Assembly (NCBI GenBank): GCA_050273025.1 | Contig: CP158635.1 | Location: 1,302,001-1,366,000 of the forward strand | Reading direction: 5' to 3' | Length of the DNA: 64,000 nt | DNA from: Cenococcum geophilum | Taxonomy: Eukaryota | Part shown: one piece after another, positions 22,703 through 36,600 of the stretch | Numbering within the stretch: the first letter of the stretch is position 1 | How the letters are laid out: each line of letters begins with the position of its first letter | Made by a program: the position numbers and the translations under genes | The notes under the pieces: model-generated | What the model was told of the DNA's origin: nothing | The model's input: the letters and a program-made list of their open reading frames with translations, nothing else | Database searches by the model: none

Positions 22703-25700
22703 CTTATTCTATAAAATTAGTAAGTAAAACTATAAAATAGATACTGTTTTATAATTTTAAATATATGGCAGCTTAGGAAATAATGTGGTTGTAAAATTTT
22801 AGGTGGTAAAGCATTAGGCTAAGCGTTACCCCTCTATCAAAACAATACACCCCCTATTGCCCTACTAATACGACTCTATATTTTATAAGTAGGGATATAT
22901 TTTATAGCCCTAAAATAGGGCTATAAAATAAGCCCCTATTTATATAAATTGGAGGGGTATTAGTTGAGTTATATAGGGTACTTTATAATAGCTGTAAAAC
23001 TTAAATTAAGGCTTTGCGCTAACTAACCTAACTCCTTTACCCCTAAAAATAAGCACCCCTTATAACTCTACTAAAATGACCATAAAATATATAAATAAAG
23101 GCTTGTTTTATAGCCCTAGAATAGGGCTATAAAATATATCTTTATTTATAAAATGTAGAGCTATATTAGTAGGGCTATAGGGGGTATATTGTTTTGGTAA
23201 AGGGGGTAATGCTTAGGCCAACGCTTTACTACCTAAAACCCCACAACCACATTATTTACTAAGCTGGCATATATTTAAAATTGTAAAGCGGTATCTATTT
23301 TATAGTTTTATTTACTAATTTTATAAAATAAGACTTATTTTTAGTGGTTATAAGAGCATTTTTGTAAAACAAGTGTCTGCGGGCGGGAGGCTCGCTTAAT
23401 TTTGATTTTCGCAATACTTTCGCAAAGCATAGTAAGATCTTCGCGTCACGTGATCGCAATATGCGGCAATCTGTGGCAACTTGCCGGTGTAAAGTTCTGC
23501 CAGTTCTGCCAGTTCTACCAGTGCCGTAACATTACCCCCCCCTCTAAAAAAGCCTGCCCTTAGGCTTTGTTGCTAAAAGTCTTAATAAGAGAATCTAACT
23601 AATTAGACAACTTTAACCGCCGGTTAAAGTTCCTAGATATCTTAATACCTTATATAACTAAGAAATTTCTAGGGCGTTTTTATCCTTATATTCTTCTGGT
23701 AGCTTATTATCTTTATTATACTAGCATTCTATCTACTTGTTTAGGTACTTTAGTAGTCTGGATTTATTAGGGTAATAGCTATAGAACTTCTAAAGCTTAT
23801 AGGGACTACCTATAAAGTTCTATATAGGGTACTAAGTAGGGTCTAGGTTATATCCTTTCTAACTAATATAATACTTTAACATTCCCTTTATAAGTTTATA
23901 GGCTAGCACTTCTTTAATTTCCTATTTATTATCGCCATTAACTTAAATTAGTAGGGGAGATTTATTCTTTTATCCGGGCAGTAGGTTATTTATAGCTTTC
24001 CGTAGCTTATCTAGTAAAAAAATAGAGTAAACTTTAATTAAGTCTAGGAGCTTAACCTTATATAAATTGCTTACTTTATTAAGAATTTTATACAGTCCTG
24101 CTATCTTATAGTCTAGCTTATGGCTAGGCCGTTCTGTTTTTTAGTTCTTTATTATAACCTAGACTATATCGCCTATAGTAAAGTTAGGCTCGCGCCTATG
24201 TTTATTTACCTACTATTCTATTAACTTTTAGGCCTTTTTTAGGTTTGTATAGGCTACTTTTTAGGCTTCTTCTAAGCGCTTAGCGTACTACTAGGCTTCC
24301 TTATAAGATAGTTTTTCGCGTATAGTCTAGGGCCCTTTTAGTCTTTCCTAGTTAAAGCTTATATGGGGTAAGTAACCCATTTCTAGTTAAATAGGGGCAA
24401 ATCCGGTAGAGTTGTAGGGTAGGGTCACTTAGGCGTAGTCTATTAAGGGCAACAGTTCGGCCTAGTTATCTTAGAAGTAGTTAATAAAAGGCCGGAGTCC
24501 CCGGTCTAAGTATTAATTTATAATCTCTATTTAACCGTCTATTTAGGGGTAATATACTATAGAAAGCTTTAGCTTAATACCTAAGATTTAGGTAAACTTA
24601 TTCTAAAAGGCTAATATAAACTATAGCCTATAGTCGGATATAATAGTATCTAGTAGTCCATAAATTTGGTAGACGTAATAGATATACAGCTAGGCTACCT
24701 CTTTTATATTAATATTCTTGTAATAGGGAATTAAAAATAGGCGCTTGCTAAAGCGGTTAACTAAAATTATAACTATATTATATCCGTTACGGTCTAAAGG
24801 TAGCTTATAAAAGTCTATAGAGATATATTACTAGAGGCGGTCGGGTATTAGGAGGGGTTTTAATAGTCCTAAGGTTTTATTTTATAGAATTGTAGACCTA
24901 TAGTAGTTATTATAGTTCCGTATATAGCGGTTAATATCTATAATTATTCTAGGCTAGTAGTAGCGGTCGCTAATAATCCTGCGGGTTTTATTTTTTCTAG
25001 GGTAGGCCGTAGAGACCTAGGCATATACTTTAGTAATAAGCCAAGTCTATAAGTTCTATTCCTCTACTACTACTAGCTATTCGCGGTACTTAAGTAGTCT
25101 ACTTTTAAGGGACTATAGGCTAGAAACGTTCTTTGCCTTTTTACGGTACTTCTATAGAGAAGGGGCTGTATAGTTTGCCTATAGTAGTTTATTAATAAGG
25201 TCTAGTTCTATAGAGTTAATAGGGTATATCTCAGCATTTAAAGAGTCTGTATTTAGTTCTACCCATATTTAGGAGTTAAGGTGCTCTAGTTATAGTAGTG
25301 CTTAGGTCTATAATAAGATCTTTATAGCTATCTAGTTATTTATATTTTATTTACACCTTATAAGAGCGTCTATACGGTTAGTAGCGCCTGGCCTATATAT
25401 AATTAAAAAGTTAAATTAAGATAGGGTGTCCGCCTAGTGCGCCTATTAGGCTATAAGGGCCTTTATTATTATAAAATATTCTAAGGCCTTATAATCGGAA
25501 ACTACCTAGATAGACTTAGGGGTGCCTTCTAGTTAGGCTTACCAGTGCTAAAAGCTAGAGATAATAGCTAGCATTTCTTTGTTGTAAATTGGGTAGTTTA
25601 GCTTAGCATCTACTATAGTCTTTAAATAGTAAGCAATAGGGTGCTATTCTCCGTTTATTTGCTTTTAGGAGTAAACGCTAGCTATAATACTATCTAAGGC

Positions 25701-28700
25701 ATCGGTTTCTAGCATTAAGGGCCGCTCTAGGTTAAAGTAGGTAAGTAAGGGAGTAGAGACCAGTCATTTCTTAAGCTTATTAAAGGCCTGCCTATATACA
25801 GTATTAAAGTAAAAGGGCCGGTCCTTATGGGTAAGTAGGCTTAGTAGCTAGGTAATTCTACTATAGTTCTTAATAAAGCGTTAGTAGAAGTTATAGAACC
25901 CTAAGAATAACTATACCCCCTTTACGGTCCTTAGGGGTACCTATTAGTTAATTACGGCCGTCTTTTCTAGGTCTGCCTTAATCCTATTTATACTAATAAT
26001 AAACCCTAAGTACTTTATACGCTTAACACTAAATTCTAACTTCTTAATATTAGCTTAGAGGCTAGCTTCCTAAAGCCGTTATAGGACTTTATAGATATGC
26101 TCTTTATATTCCAGTTCGTTTTTAGAATAAATTATAATATTATCCAGGTATACTGTATAGAAGTCATTAAGGTAGTTAAATAGTACGTTATTTATATATC
26201 GTTAGTATATGGCCGGTCCGTTAGTTAGTTTAAAAGGCAGTACTTTATATTTATACGTTCCGTAATAGGTCTAAAACGTAGTAAGGTTTTCTAATTTAGG
26301 GTCTATTCTAATCTAGTAAAAAGCCTAGCAGATATTAAGTTTTATAAAGATCTTAGCTCTACTTATTTAGGCTAAAGTCTTATTAAGTAAAGGCAGTAGG
26401 TAGCGGTCTTTAAGGGTTAAATTATTAAGCTTATAGTAGTCAATACAGAAACAAAGTCCTCTATTTAGCTTTTTAGTAAAGAGAATAGGTAAGTTAAAAG
26501 GGGCTTAACTAGGCTTAATAAAGCCCTTATCTAGGTTATTAATAAGATACTACTTTATAGCCTATAATTCGGCAGTAGATTGCTATTAGAGGGGGCTATA
26601 GCTAAGGGTAACCACCTTATCCGGCTTAATTTTAATCTTATAGTTGTACGGTTGGTAAAGCGGGAGTATATTAGACGCTGCTTTAGAGAAGGTATCTTTA
26701 AATTTCTAGTATTAACGGGGTAGTTTCTATTCTACTAGCTCCTTATCTATAAGCTTACCTTTCTCTTAGGCTAGGGCTTCTTTCTTTTTAATTATTTAAT
26801 TAATTTTATATAAGCTAGTTATAAAGGTAATGGTATTAGGCTAAACTAGGTTTTAGTAGAATTCTATAACGCTAATATAGTAAATATTAACTAGCGGGAG
26901 GTCTATAGATTTCTTTACGAATGTTTATTAGGCCGTATTTTATAGTATAGGGTTTATAATCTTCCTTAGCTTACGTTCTATTTTCTACAAGTTATCCTTT
27001 TAGTTTATTAGTTTAGTATATTATCTAATATTCCTAGCCTTTCTTTATAGCTGCGTAGGGCCTAAGTTCTCTATTAGGGACTTAGCTAGGCTACTACCGA
27101 CTTCCTAAGTCTTTAGTGCGGGTAGTATAATATAGGTAGTTTAGGGGCGGTATAGTATACAGATCTATTGCGGATTAAGCTATATATCCTTCTTAAAAGC
27201 CTAATCCCTACGCGTCGCATTAGTCTAGTAAATAGTGTTTATCTACGGCCGTATAAGGTTTTCTATTATAATACTAATCTCTTTTATAAAGGAAGGCGTT
27301 AGGGGTATAGTTTTGGGCTAGATAAGCTACCTATTTTATATATTAAGCTATAAGCCTAAATAGGCTAGCTATTTTCTCCTTAAGATTATATTATAGCTTC
27401 TAAGGTCTATAATAAGGAAGGAGATATTATACTACCTTTATCCGTTAACGCGGAGGTAGATCTATAAGATAGTTATAATAGGTAATCCTATCCGTCCGTT
27501 ATAACCGCGAATAGGAACTAGTTTAGGCAGTTCTTTAAGGGGTATATTTAAAAAGTTAGCCAGTTTTACAGCGCACTTTATATTAATTAAGGTAAAGGTA
27601 TTTACTTTTAAGTTAGCTAAAGCAGAGGTTAAAACTTAATATCTATTATAAAATAAAGTATAAGGGATAGTGCAGCTTCTTTTACTAACTAGCCGACCTA
27701 GATTAATATATAATATATTAATCCCTTTTAACCCTAGAAGAAAGTCTTCCTTTAGGGTTCCTCTTTTTCTAGCTCTGTACTATCTTCCTAAATTAATAAA
27801 ACCTTATTTATCTTTACCTTTATTAGGCAGTTCCTTATAGGGTAGCCTATTTAACCGTATAAAAAGTAAGCTCCTTAATCGCTAAGGGCCTATATATAGG
27901 GGTCGCTATATATAGGCCGGGTGTATACTAAGCCCATAGTAGGGATAGCTGCGCGGCTAGCTACTGGGTTAACTATAGGAGTTGCTAATTATACTAGGGC
28001 ACTACGGGCCGTACTTATAGTATTTACGGCTTAGTTTATAAGGTTTCTAGTTTTTAGCTAGTTAGCGCGTGCCTTAATTTAATAGAGGCCTTAGTTAATA
28101 GCTAGGCAATAGTCTATAAGTTCCTTTAACGTCTATACCGTAGTATAAGCTAGTAATACGGCCCGCTATAGGTCTAGGGTAAGCTTATTAAAGAGGTCTA
28201 GTAGTAGGTCTTCCTAGGGGATCTAGGCTTATCTAGCTAGGTATAGAAAGCGGGTTTAAAAGGCTAAAAAGGTCTCTATTATTTTTATATTTAGGCTTTT
28301 ATAGCTAAGGCGGGCGTTTTATACTTTAAAAGGGTCTTTATAAATAGAAGATAAGTATTTAATTATTTCTTCTTTAGAGATAAAGGGGTCTACTAAGTCT
28401 TTAGTGTATTGTGGGCGTAAATACGTCTAGGCGTTTTCGCCAGTACGGCCGAAAATATAGGCCATTTTAGCTTGGGCGTTAGGGAAGTAGTCTACATTAA
28501 CTTTAAGCTTATCCCGTAATTAAAGCTTCTAATTATTAAATATAGGGTCGGTTCCATTTATAAGTAGCGGGGGATCCACGACCTTTGCTAACCGCTTCGG
28601 TGCTATATAGGCCTTAGTAGATCTACTAAGGCGCTAAAATAGGGCCTAAAAGACTATAGTAAGTCTTTAGTTATCTAATAATAACTTATTATTAGATATA

Positions 28701-29689
28701 GGGGTATCTCTAGCTTTAAGCAGCTCTTGTAGTTGTTTAATTTTGGTATTAGTAGCCGTAAGCTCCGCCTAGGGGATTAAAACGTTAATTATTTCTTCGT
28801 CTAAAGTATTTAAGGGTCCTACAGCTGCTTTACCTGCTGCTGTAGTTCGTGGTATAGTAGTAGGGGTATTAGGTAATTCTAGGTAATTTCTTTAGGGGTT
28901 TTAGTCTGTGTATGTCTTATAAGTTCTTTCTTTAGGGTTCTGTTCTTTTCTTTTAGGTCCTATCCTTATAGCCCTAGTAATGTCCTTAGGGTCCTATTCT
29001 ATATTCTTATAGATATATTTAAGTTCCTTCTTAGGAAGAAAGAGTAGAGTAAGCTTTAGATAATATTAGCGACTTAGTTAATTGAGATATAAGTACGGCA
29101 AAAGGGTCGCGCAAGCCTATATAATTAGATTGTTTATAAACGAGAATCTAAAGCTAGGGAAAGGAAAGGAGAAGAAGAGCAGCGCCGTTTGGTGTTTTAT
29201 AAGATCTTCGCGTCACGTGATCGCAATATACGGCAATCTGTGGCAACTTGCCGGTGTGAAGTTCTGCCAGTTTTACTAGTTCTGTTAGTACCGTAACACT
29301 CCTAGGCAAATGTTTAATATAATATCTTTCTATAGAACGCGTTAATTCCTTTATAAATTTAATTTAATATAAATAAACCTTTACAATTTTAATTAATAAA
29401 ATTGCAATCTTATAATTTAAACTATTATAAAAGTTATTTTAATTTAAAAATAAGTCTTAAAAAGGGATTTTTTACTATTAGCTCCCTGGATATTAATAAC
29501 GCTTTATAGGGTACTAGAAAATTAGCTAATAACTTATAGGATAACTAATATAAAGCCTTATCCTATTTTCTCCGCTATTTACCACCTATTTCTAGTCCTA
29601 TTACCTCTATACTTTAATCTAAACTAAACTTATAAACCTATAGATATTATCCTTATACTATATATATATATAAATAATTGTGGTATAGC

Positions 29690-30350
29690 TTAAGGTTCTT
29701 GTATAGGGGGCTAAGACGTAACTAAAAAGGCCTATCTGGATAAGATAGGTAGGTATAGCGAATTAAGCAAAAGTAGTAGTAGATAAAAGGCTTATAAGGT
29801 AAGGATATAGATAGGGAGTCCAATTAATAGAATAATAAGGTATATTATATAGATAGACAAACCCTTAAGGGAAAAGGAAGAGTCTATATATAAGGTAAGG
29901 AAGGGTTTTCCCTAAGTATATATAGCGCACATACCTTATAGGCGAGTTACTCCTAGGTTACCCTTAGGTCGCCTATACCTTATAGCTATATAACTATCTA
30001 CTTAGGTTTTACCTAATAATGCCCCCCCCTTAAAAGGATTGTCCTTAATCCTTTATATACTTAAGCCTTAATAGAACCCTATAAAAACCTTAATAAGGAA
30101 AAAAAATTAGAGGGGAAAGAATATCTTAATTTTACGTATAGAGAGATAGATAGTATATATATGCGGCGCGAAGGTATTAAGGAACTTTAACCGGCGGTTA
30201 AAGTTATCTAATTGGTTAGATTTGCCTTACTAAAAACTCTCTATATTTAATTAAGCTAATAGCGATTTTTTATCCCAGGATAGAAAATCCTAATTAGTCT
30301 ATTTAGGGCTCGCCTAAATTTAATTAATTATTAAAAATATTCTAAAAGCT
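29690..30350 (-). mobile_element. Relic 3' end (3' UTR, PPT, LTR) of another Gypsy element
   Basis: Minus-strand PPT AGGGGGGGGC at 30021-30030 preceded by hairpin AAAGGATT-AAGGAC-AATCCTTT (30033-30054). Boundaries approximate. Confidence 0.55.
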
Positions 30351-30672
30351 TACTTATCTAGGCAGGTCCCTAGTACCCTATAGGTATATTATAAGTTATT
30401 TATATATAGCTAGACTTATAGGTAGTAAGGTAGTATATCTATTAAATCTACTACTAACCCTATACTTTAGCCTTATACTATACCAGCGTAGCGCCCTATA
30501 TACTTTATAGGTAGGCTATAGGTTACTTATATATAGCTAGACTTATCCCTTGCATAGATAGCGTCCATACGTTTATAGCCCGTGCGCGACGCATAGGAAT
30601 ATTAATTTTGTTAATAGTACAAACCTCTATAAATATTATCGATTGAATAAACTACTACAATGGTTTGAAATC

Positions 30673-33600
30673 ATGCAACTAATAATAAGGACTTTATTCA
30701 GCCTACCTAGTACCCTAAACTACCGCGCGGGTTTGCGAAGAAACCCCCTCTAGAGCCCTTACCACTGCCCGACTTTAAACCTCTTAATATTAATAATAAG
30801 AACCCCTATAGCACCTTAAAGCTTCCACCTAACGTTAATACTAGCGATCTTTATTAAATATTTAAGCTATTTTAGACGGACGAGCTACTAAATAAGCTTA
30901 CTAAATATATAAATAGGAACGTGGAGTTATACCCACCTTCTAAAGAAAAGGACTTCCCTCGCCTATGGAAGCCTACATGCGCAGGGAAGCCTCGCACATA
31001 CTTAGCAGTGCTTATTTATATAGGGTTGCACATAAAACCTACCATTAAGGATTACTGGCATAAAGACTTTAAGCATAGAACGATGTATATACTTCGGAAC
31101 TTAATTTTAGTTAACCGCTAGTAGCAGCTTAATCGCTACTTCTACTGCACTAAACTAAAGAAAGAAGACGGCGAGGACTTCTAAAATATATTTAAGAGGA
31201 TTAAGGAGCCTAGTAAATATCTTCAGCCTTTATATAGAAAGTTTTATTAGCTAGGAATTAACCTCACCGTCGACGAAACGATAGAACGATTTACTAGCCA
31301 TATATCTAAACTCGTTAATATCCCAACCAAGCTAACACCAGAGGGCTTTAAAATATAAGTATTAGGCAATTAGGGCTATATTCTAGATTAGATATTTCAC
31401 GCTAAAGGCAATAAGAAGGGCCCTTACAATCTTAATAAGCACTAGTGTCATGGCTAGCTTCCCGTGGGAGCGGTCCGATAGATTAAGCAATAATAAGGGG
31501 CTATATTATAAATAGACTAAGGTAAGGGCTCGAAGAAAGGGGCGCAGTAGACGACTATGTACATATTCGGTCGTCGGGGCAACGTTAGGGCAACGTTAAT
31601 CCGTGACCAACGACGCCTTAATGGTAGCTATATAGACGAACCATTACATCACCCCCCTTTAAGCCAGGAGGATCGCCCTCGATCCTCATAATCAGGCTCT
31701 CCTTATCCGTCTCGCCCTTCCGTCCTTCTCTACTTTATTATCTTCCTCTAAGGGCTCTAGATCTACGTCCTTATAATACGCCTCTAGCTATTATATTAGC
31801 CGTATGGGTGGTCCAGCATTATAGGGTCTCTTATTATAGAACGCCTTAATCTTATAGGGGGCGCCGATAAAGCCGTTTACGTTATACCAGGTATCGTCCA
31901 AGTCGTGGCCTACCTAGTTAACCTTATACTGTAGCCTTCTATAGTAGGTTTTACTAGTAAGGATCTTATTAATCTCGTACTCCGGCTCGCTATTAATTAG
32001 GATTAGCTCCTCTAGCTCCCTATTCTAGCCCGGTAGGGGGTTATCTAGGTCCTTTTACAGTCGATCGGCATAGAAGATGTTTAACATCTTTATATTTGGG
32101 GGTAGGTTAATAATATATAAGTGTCCTTTTATGCCTAGAATCTTATAGGACCCTACGAGCTATCTATCTAGCTTAATACTCGGTTAGTTAGTAGCCTAGC
32201 CCTTTCTGGTAACGTATACTTAATCGCCTACTCTAAAGTCTGGTTCGTGACGGTGCCTATTTACTTACCTTGTCTGCCGCTCTTAGGCCTTAGCCAAGTT
32301 ATCTCTTACCCATTTAACTGCGTCCCAGGTCCTACGTGCAAAGACTTAAGCTTTTTATTATGTCAGCTTCTTATAAGGCGTTAAGGCTGCTCGTATACAT
32401 TCCTCCCAGTTAAAGTAAAGCCTTAGCTTAAATTCTAGCTCTAGCTTATATGGTGCGAAGCTAGTAAATTTATAGGGTAAGATTGCTTATACAAAGTCCA
32501 TATAGGGGAGGAGCTCTAACTAATTATCCTAGTAGTGGTTGATAAAGGGCCTTAAGCGTTAGTTAATATACTAGTTTAGTACTTCTATATTACCATTAGT
32601 TTGCGGGTAACCAGATATAGAGAGCTTTTACTTAACGCCGGTTAGTTTATATAGCTCGTCTATAAAGGCTAAGATAAATTAGGGTCCTTAATCTAATATA
32701 ACTATCTTTAGAAGGCCGTACACGCGCCAGACGTATTAGTAGTACAGGTTTGCTGCGTTAGCTACGGTAGCAGTTTTATAGCAGGGTAGTAAAAAGGCTC
32801 TCTTGCCTAGTTGATTAACGACCATAAAGACGTTGTTAAAGCCCTTTTTATCCGTTAGGAAGGACTTAAAATTAAAAGAGATATACTGCCAGCAGCGTTC
32901 ACCAATTAGTAGGGGGTGCAGCAGGCCTAGGGTTTTATCGCGGGGTATATAGGTCCTCCTATAGGTCCTATAGTTTCCTATATAGGTATTGCAGTCTAAG
33001 GGTAGTCCTGGCCAATAATATTGGTCTGCTACAAGTTTCCTAGTCTTTGTTTTGCCTAGGTAAGCAGTTACCTAATAAGAGTGTACCTCTACAATAAGGT
33101 AGGTACGGAGGTAATTAGTATTAGGGACCATTAGCTTGCCAAAGTAAGTTAGTAGTCCTCCTTAGAGTTTCCAGCCCTTCTAGTCTTACTTAGCTAGCTA
33201 ACGTAGCCCTACTAGCGACTCGCTAGTTCAATTGGCCTAGAGGATCTAATTAACCAGCTTATACGGTTTCTATTCGTGACTTACTGCAACTAGGGGGTCC
33301 TTAGAGGTTAACTCTAATATAGCAATTGTAAGGGCGGGGTTAATTAGGTATATAGTGCGTGCGGCTACATCCTTCTCTTTTTACGTCTTTAGGTCCTCTT
33401 GCTTTCGTAATAGGGTATTAGCCACTATATTTGCCGTGCCTGGCCTATATATAATCTACATATAGAAATTAGCTAGCAAGTCTGCCCAGCAGGCTTACCG
33501 TAAACTTAGTAGCCTCTTAGTTGTAAAGTACTCAAGGGCTTAATAATCTGTAATTACTATAAAGGGTGTACATTAGAGGCCGATAAGGTAACCTCGCCAT

Positions 33601-36600
33601 TCCTATAGGCCTCTTATTACCGCTAGCATCTCTTTATTATAGATCTCGTACCGCATCTCCGCAGGAGACATTGTCTTTAAAAAGAAGGCTACTAGCTTCC
33701 AGGTCCCATCGTTTTATAGCTAGTTTAGCACCCCAGCTACTACTCCGTTACTCGCGTCCGTCTCCATATAGGTATCTTAGAACGGTAAGTAGTACTTAAT
33801 TACGCTGCTAGATAGTATAAGGGCCTTAACTCGCTTAAAGGCTTTAAGCTCTTCCTCCCCCAGCGGGTGCTATACTCCCTTCTTTATAAGCTTACTAAGC
33901 GGTCGTGCAACTCGGCCGTAATCCTTTAAAAAGGCCTAGTAGAAGTTACAGAATCCTAGGAAGGATTATATCCCTTTTACAGAGGTAGGGGGTTCCTAAT
34001 CCTTAATCGTAGATAGCTTGTCGGTGTCCATAGCGACCCCATTAGTACCAATAACAAAGCCTAAGAACTTCGTCTTAGTAATATTAAACTCGCTCTTCTT
34101 AATATCCGCTTATAAGCCTACCTCTTAAAGCTTCTATAGGACCTTCTTAATATAGACTTCGTACTCTAGCGGGTCGTCTAAGTAGATTAGGATGTTATCT
34201 ATATAGGCTGTATAGAAATCGTCTAGGTAGTCGAAAAGGACGTTATTAATAAATCTTTAGAAGGACGTAGGGCCGTTATATAGTCCGAAGGATACAATAC
34301 GGTACTTATATAATCCGTACCTTATACGGAAGGTAGTTAACTCCTCTACCTCTTCCTTTAGCTATATACGGTAGAAGGCCTGCCGAACATCTAGCTTAGT
34401 AAAGATCTTAGCTCTTAATAGCCTGGTCAACGTCTCCTCAATTAATAGCAGCGGGTGGCGGTCCTTCTTAGTAATTATATTAAGCTTTTAAAAGTTAACA
34501 TAGAATCGCTACCCCCCTCCTAGCTTCTTAGTAAATAGGACTAAAGCTATAAAGGGTGCATTGCTTAGTACAATAAACCCCTTCTATAGGTGCTCCTATA
34601 GGTAGGCCTTAACTAGCTCTAGCTATTCTAACGACATATTTTATAGCGGGCTAGGGGCTAGTTCTCTGCTGCTGCTTTTAAGAACAATATTATAGTCCAC
34701 CCCCTCGCGATACAGTGGTAGCATATTAGAGGTAGCTTTTAAGAAACCGTCAGCGTACTCTTAATAGGGCTATAATAGCTTTTCGTAGATAAGCCAGCAG
34801 AGTTCTTCCTTATCGTCTAGTAGCGTATCCTGTCCCTTTCTATCTTCTATTAGCCGGTCAATTTTATAGAGGCTAGTAAATCCAATTACTACGCCTTTAC
34901 GCTTCGCTCCGTACAAGAATCTCCTAGCCTTAAGTAACGCGATATCCACAGCTCTAATATCCGCAATAGGCGAGGACTGCCTTACTCTCGGCTTTAGTAG
35001 TAAGGCTAGCTTAGGGTAGAGCTAGTCTTATATCTTCCTTATCGCGTCTTAGGTATTAATCCTCTAGGTATACTTATAGTTGTATAGGGCTCGTTTTAAT
35101 ATAATTTTAGTAGGAGGCTTCTTCTCCCAAAGCTCTTTAATTGCGGCTATATATTTGAAAATACGTTGGGGCATAGGCATAGGCTCTTAATCTAGTAGTG
35201 CGTCTCTTTAATCTGCATCTTTCTAGTAATCCTCGTTAATTGGCGGGGGAAAGAGCTCCTTTCTTAGTATAATTACGTCCTACCTGCCGTAGTAGTTTCT
35301 CTCAGTTAGCTATACTAAGGCCCGGTGTTTATAGTTAATAAAGGCCCTAGTCTTCTTAAACCACCTGCGGCCAATAAGAAGATTATAGCGGCCCGTATCG
35401 CAGAATAGGAACTATATAGGGGCTCGTTAACCGTCCATAACTAGATTCGCCTTAAAGAGCTATCTAATTATGTCTGTCTACTAATTGTTATAGCCAGACA
35501 CGGTAACTCCTTGTCCTTTAATCTTGTAGAGCTTTAGTCGCAGTCGTTACTTAATAATTAGCAGTAGCTTATAGTATATAAAGGCCTCTCCGCCTGCACT
35601 AAAGTTAAGCAGGCTTACTATATTAAGAGCCACGCCACCTAGCGCGATCCTATATAGTATTGTAAGGGCTGCGCCTCCTAATATCTCCTTTAGCTATACG
35701 GGCGCTATATTAATTGCTCCGGTCTGCTCTAGGTAAAAGACTTCTCCTAGAGCTGCTTATTTTCTAATTCCGCCGAGTTAATAACTATCTCGTACTCTTC
35801 GCTTTAGTTAATTACTTTAGCTTCTATCTTCTTCAGCGCTATATAATCCTTAGAATAGTGTCCTTACTTACCATAGTTAAAGTAGGTAACTAGCGCTCTT
35901 ACAGCTAGTGCTGGAGTTAGAGACTGCTAGGAAGGGGGGGGACCCTTAATCTCTTTAGCGCCCCTAGTAAATGCTCTCTTTATAGCCTAGGCTGCTTTAT
36001 AGTTACTTTGTTCCTTACCTATCTGCTTTAGACCTTAGGCGTACTATTAAGCAGTCTTACAATAAGCGTAGAAGCTATAGTCTTCGTCTGCCACCTTAAC
36101 TTCTATTTAAACGCGTAGGCTGTCGTAAAGCTTATTATAAAGCTTTTCTTTCCATTAATCTTATAGCATCCTTGAGATATTTACTAGCCATACGAAGTTA
36201 GATTAAAAATCGTTAAAGTCTCCTAGGTACGGCATTTTAAGGCCTTTAAGTTCCTGCTAGGCCTTAATGCGGCGATCTAGGTCCTTAAAGACGTTCTCTA
36301 AAAACTTAAGTACCTCTTTACTAATAGGGTTACGTTCCGCGTCACGCTCTGCCTCTAGATAAGGTAAGAGGTGGTTATAAGCTTTACCTCCTACACGCGT
36401 CTCAATATACGCTACTTTTATATCTTCTTCTTGGCCTAGGTCGTCCCAGTAAAACCAGTCTATATTAGATTGAAGCTTATTTCATACATAGCCGCTCTAG
36501 GCCCGATAGGTAGGTTCTTTCCTATTTATAAGCGTAGGTAGGTCTAGGAACTTCGCCGTGCGTCCTAAGCCCGTAACACTACTTATCTAAAAGAGTGGTG

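Larger units (their letters stand above)
16927..23432. mobile_element. Foldback/long-TIR non-autonomous element, ~830 bp net, interrupted by a Copia
   Basis: Arm 16927-17031 plus 22708-~22985 is the reverse complement of ~23050-23432; TA TSD at 16925-16926 and 23433-23434 inside the Gypsy B LTR. Confidence 0.88.
16789..29298 (-). mobile_element. Gypsy chromovirus B, full length, RIPed; 3' LTR split by a foldback element that carries a Copia
   Basis: 5' LTR 29064-29298 (235 bp); 3' LTR 16789-16926 plus 23435-23531; TSD CTCCC/CTCCT; PPT at 23532-23545; RT VYLDNI at ~26140; internal region colinear with element C (45397-51387). Confidence 0.93.

Noticed and set aside
30440..30560. piggyBac left TIR with TTAA TSD
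   Set aside because: No convincing TTAA-CCC...GGG-TTAA pair found; the right end appears truncated near 38610.
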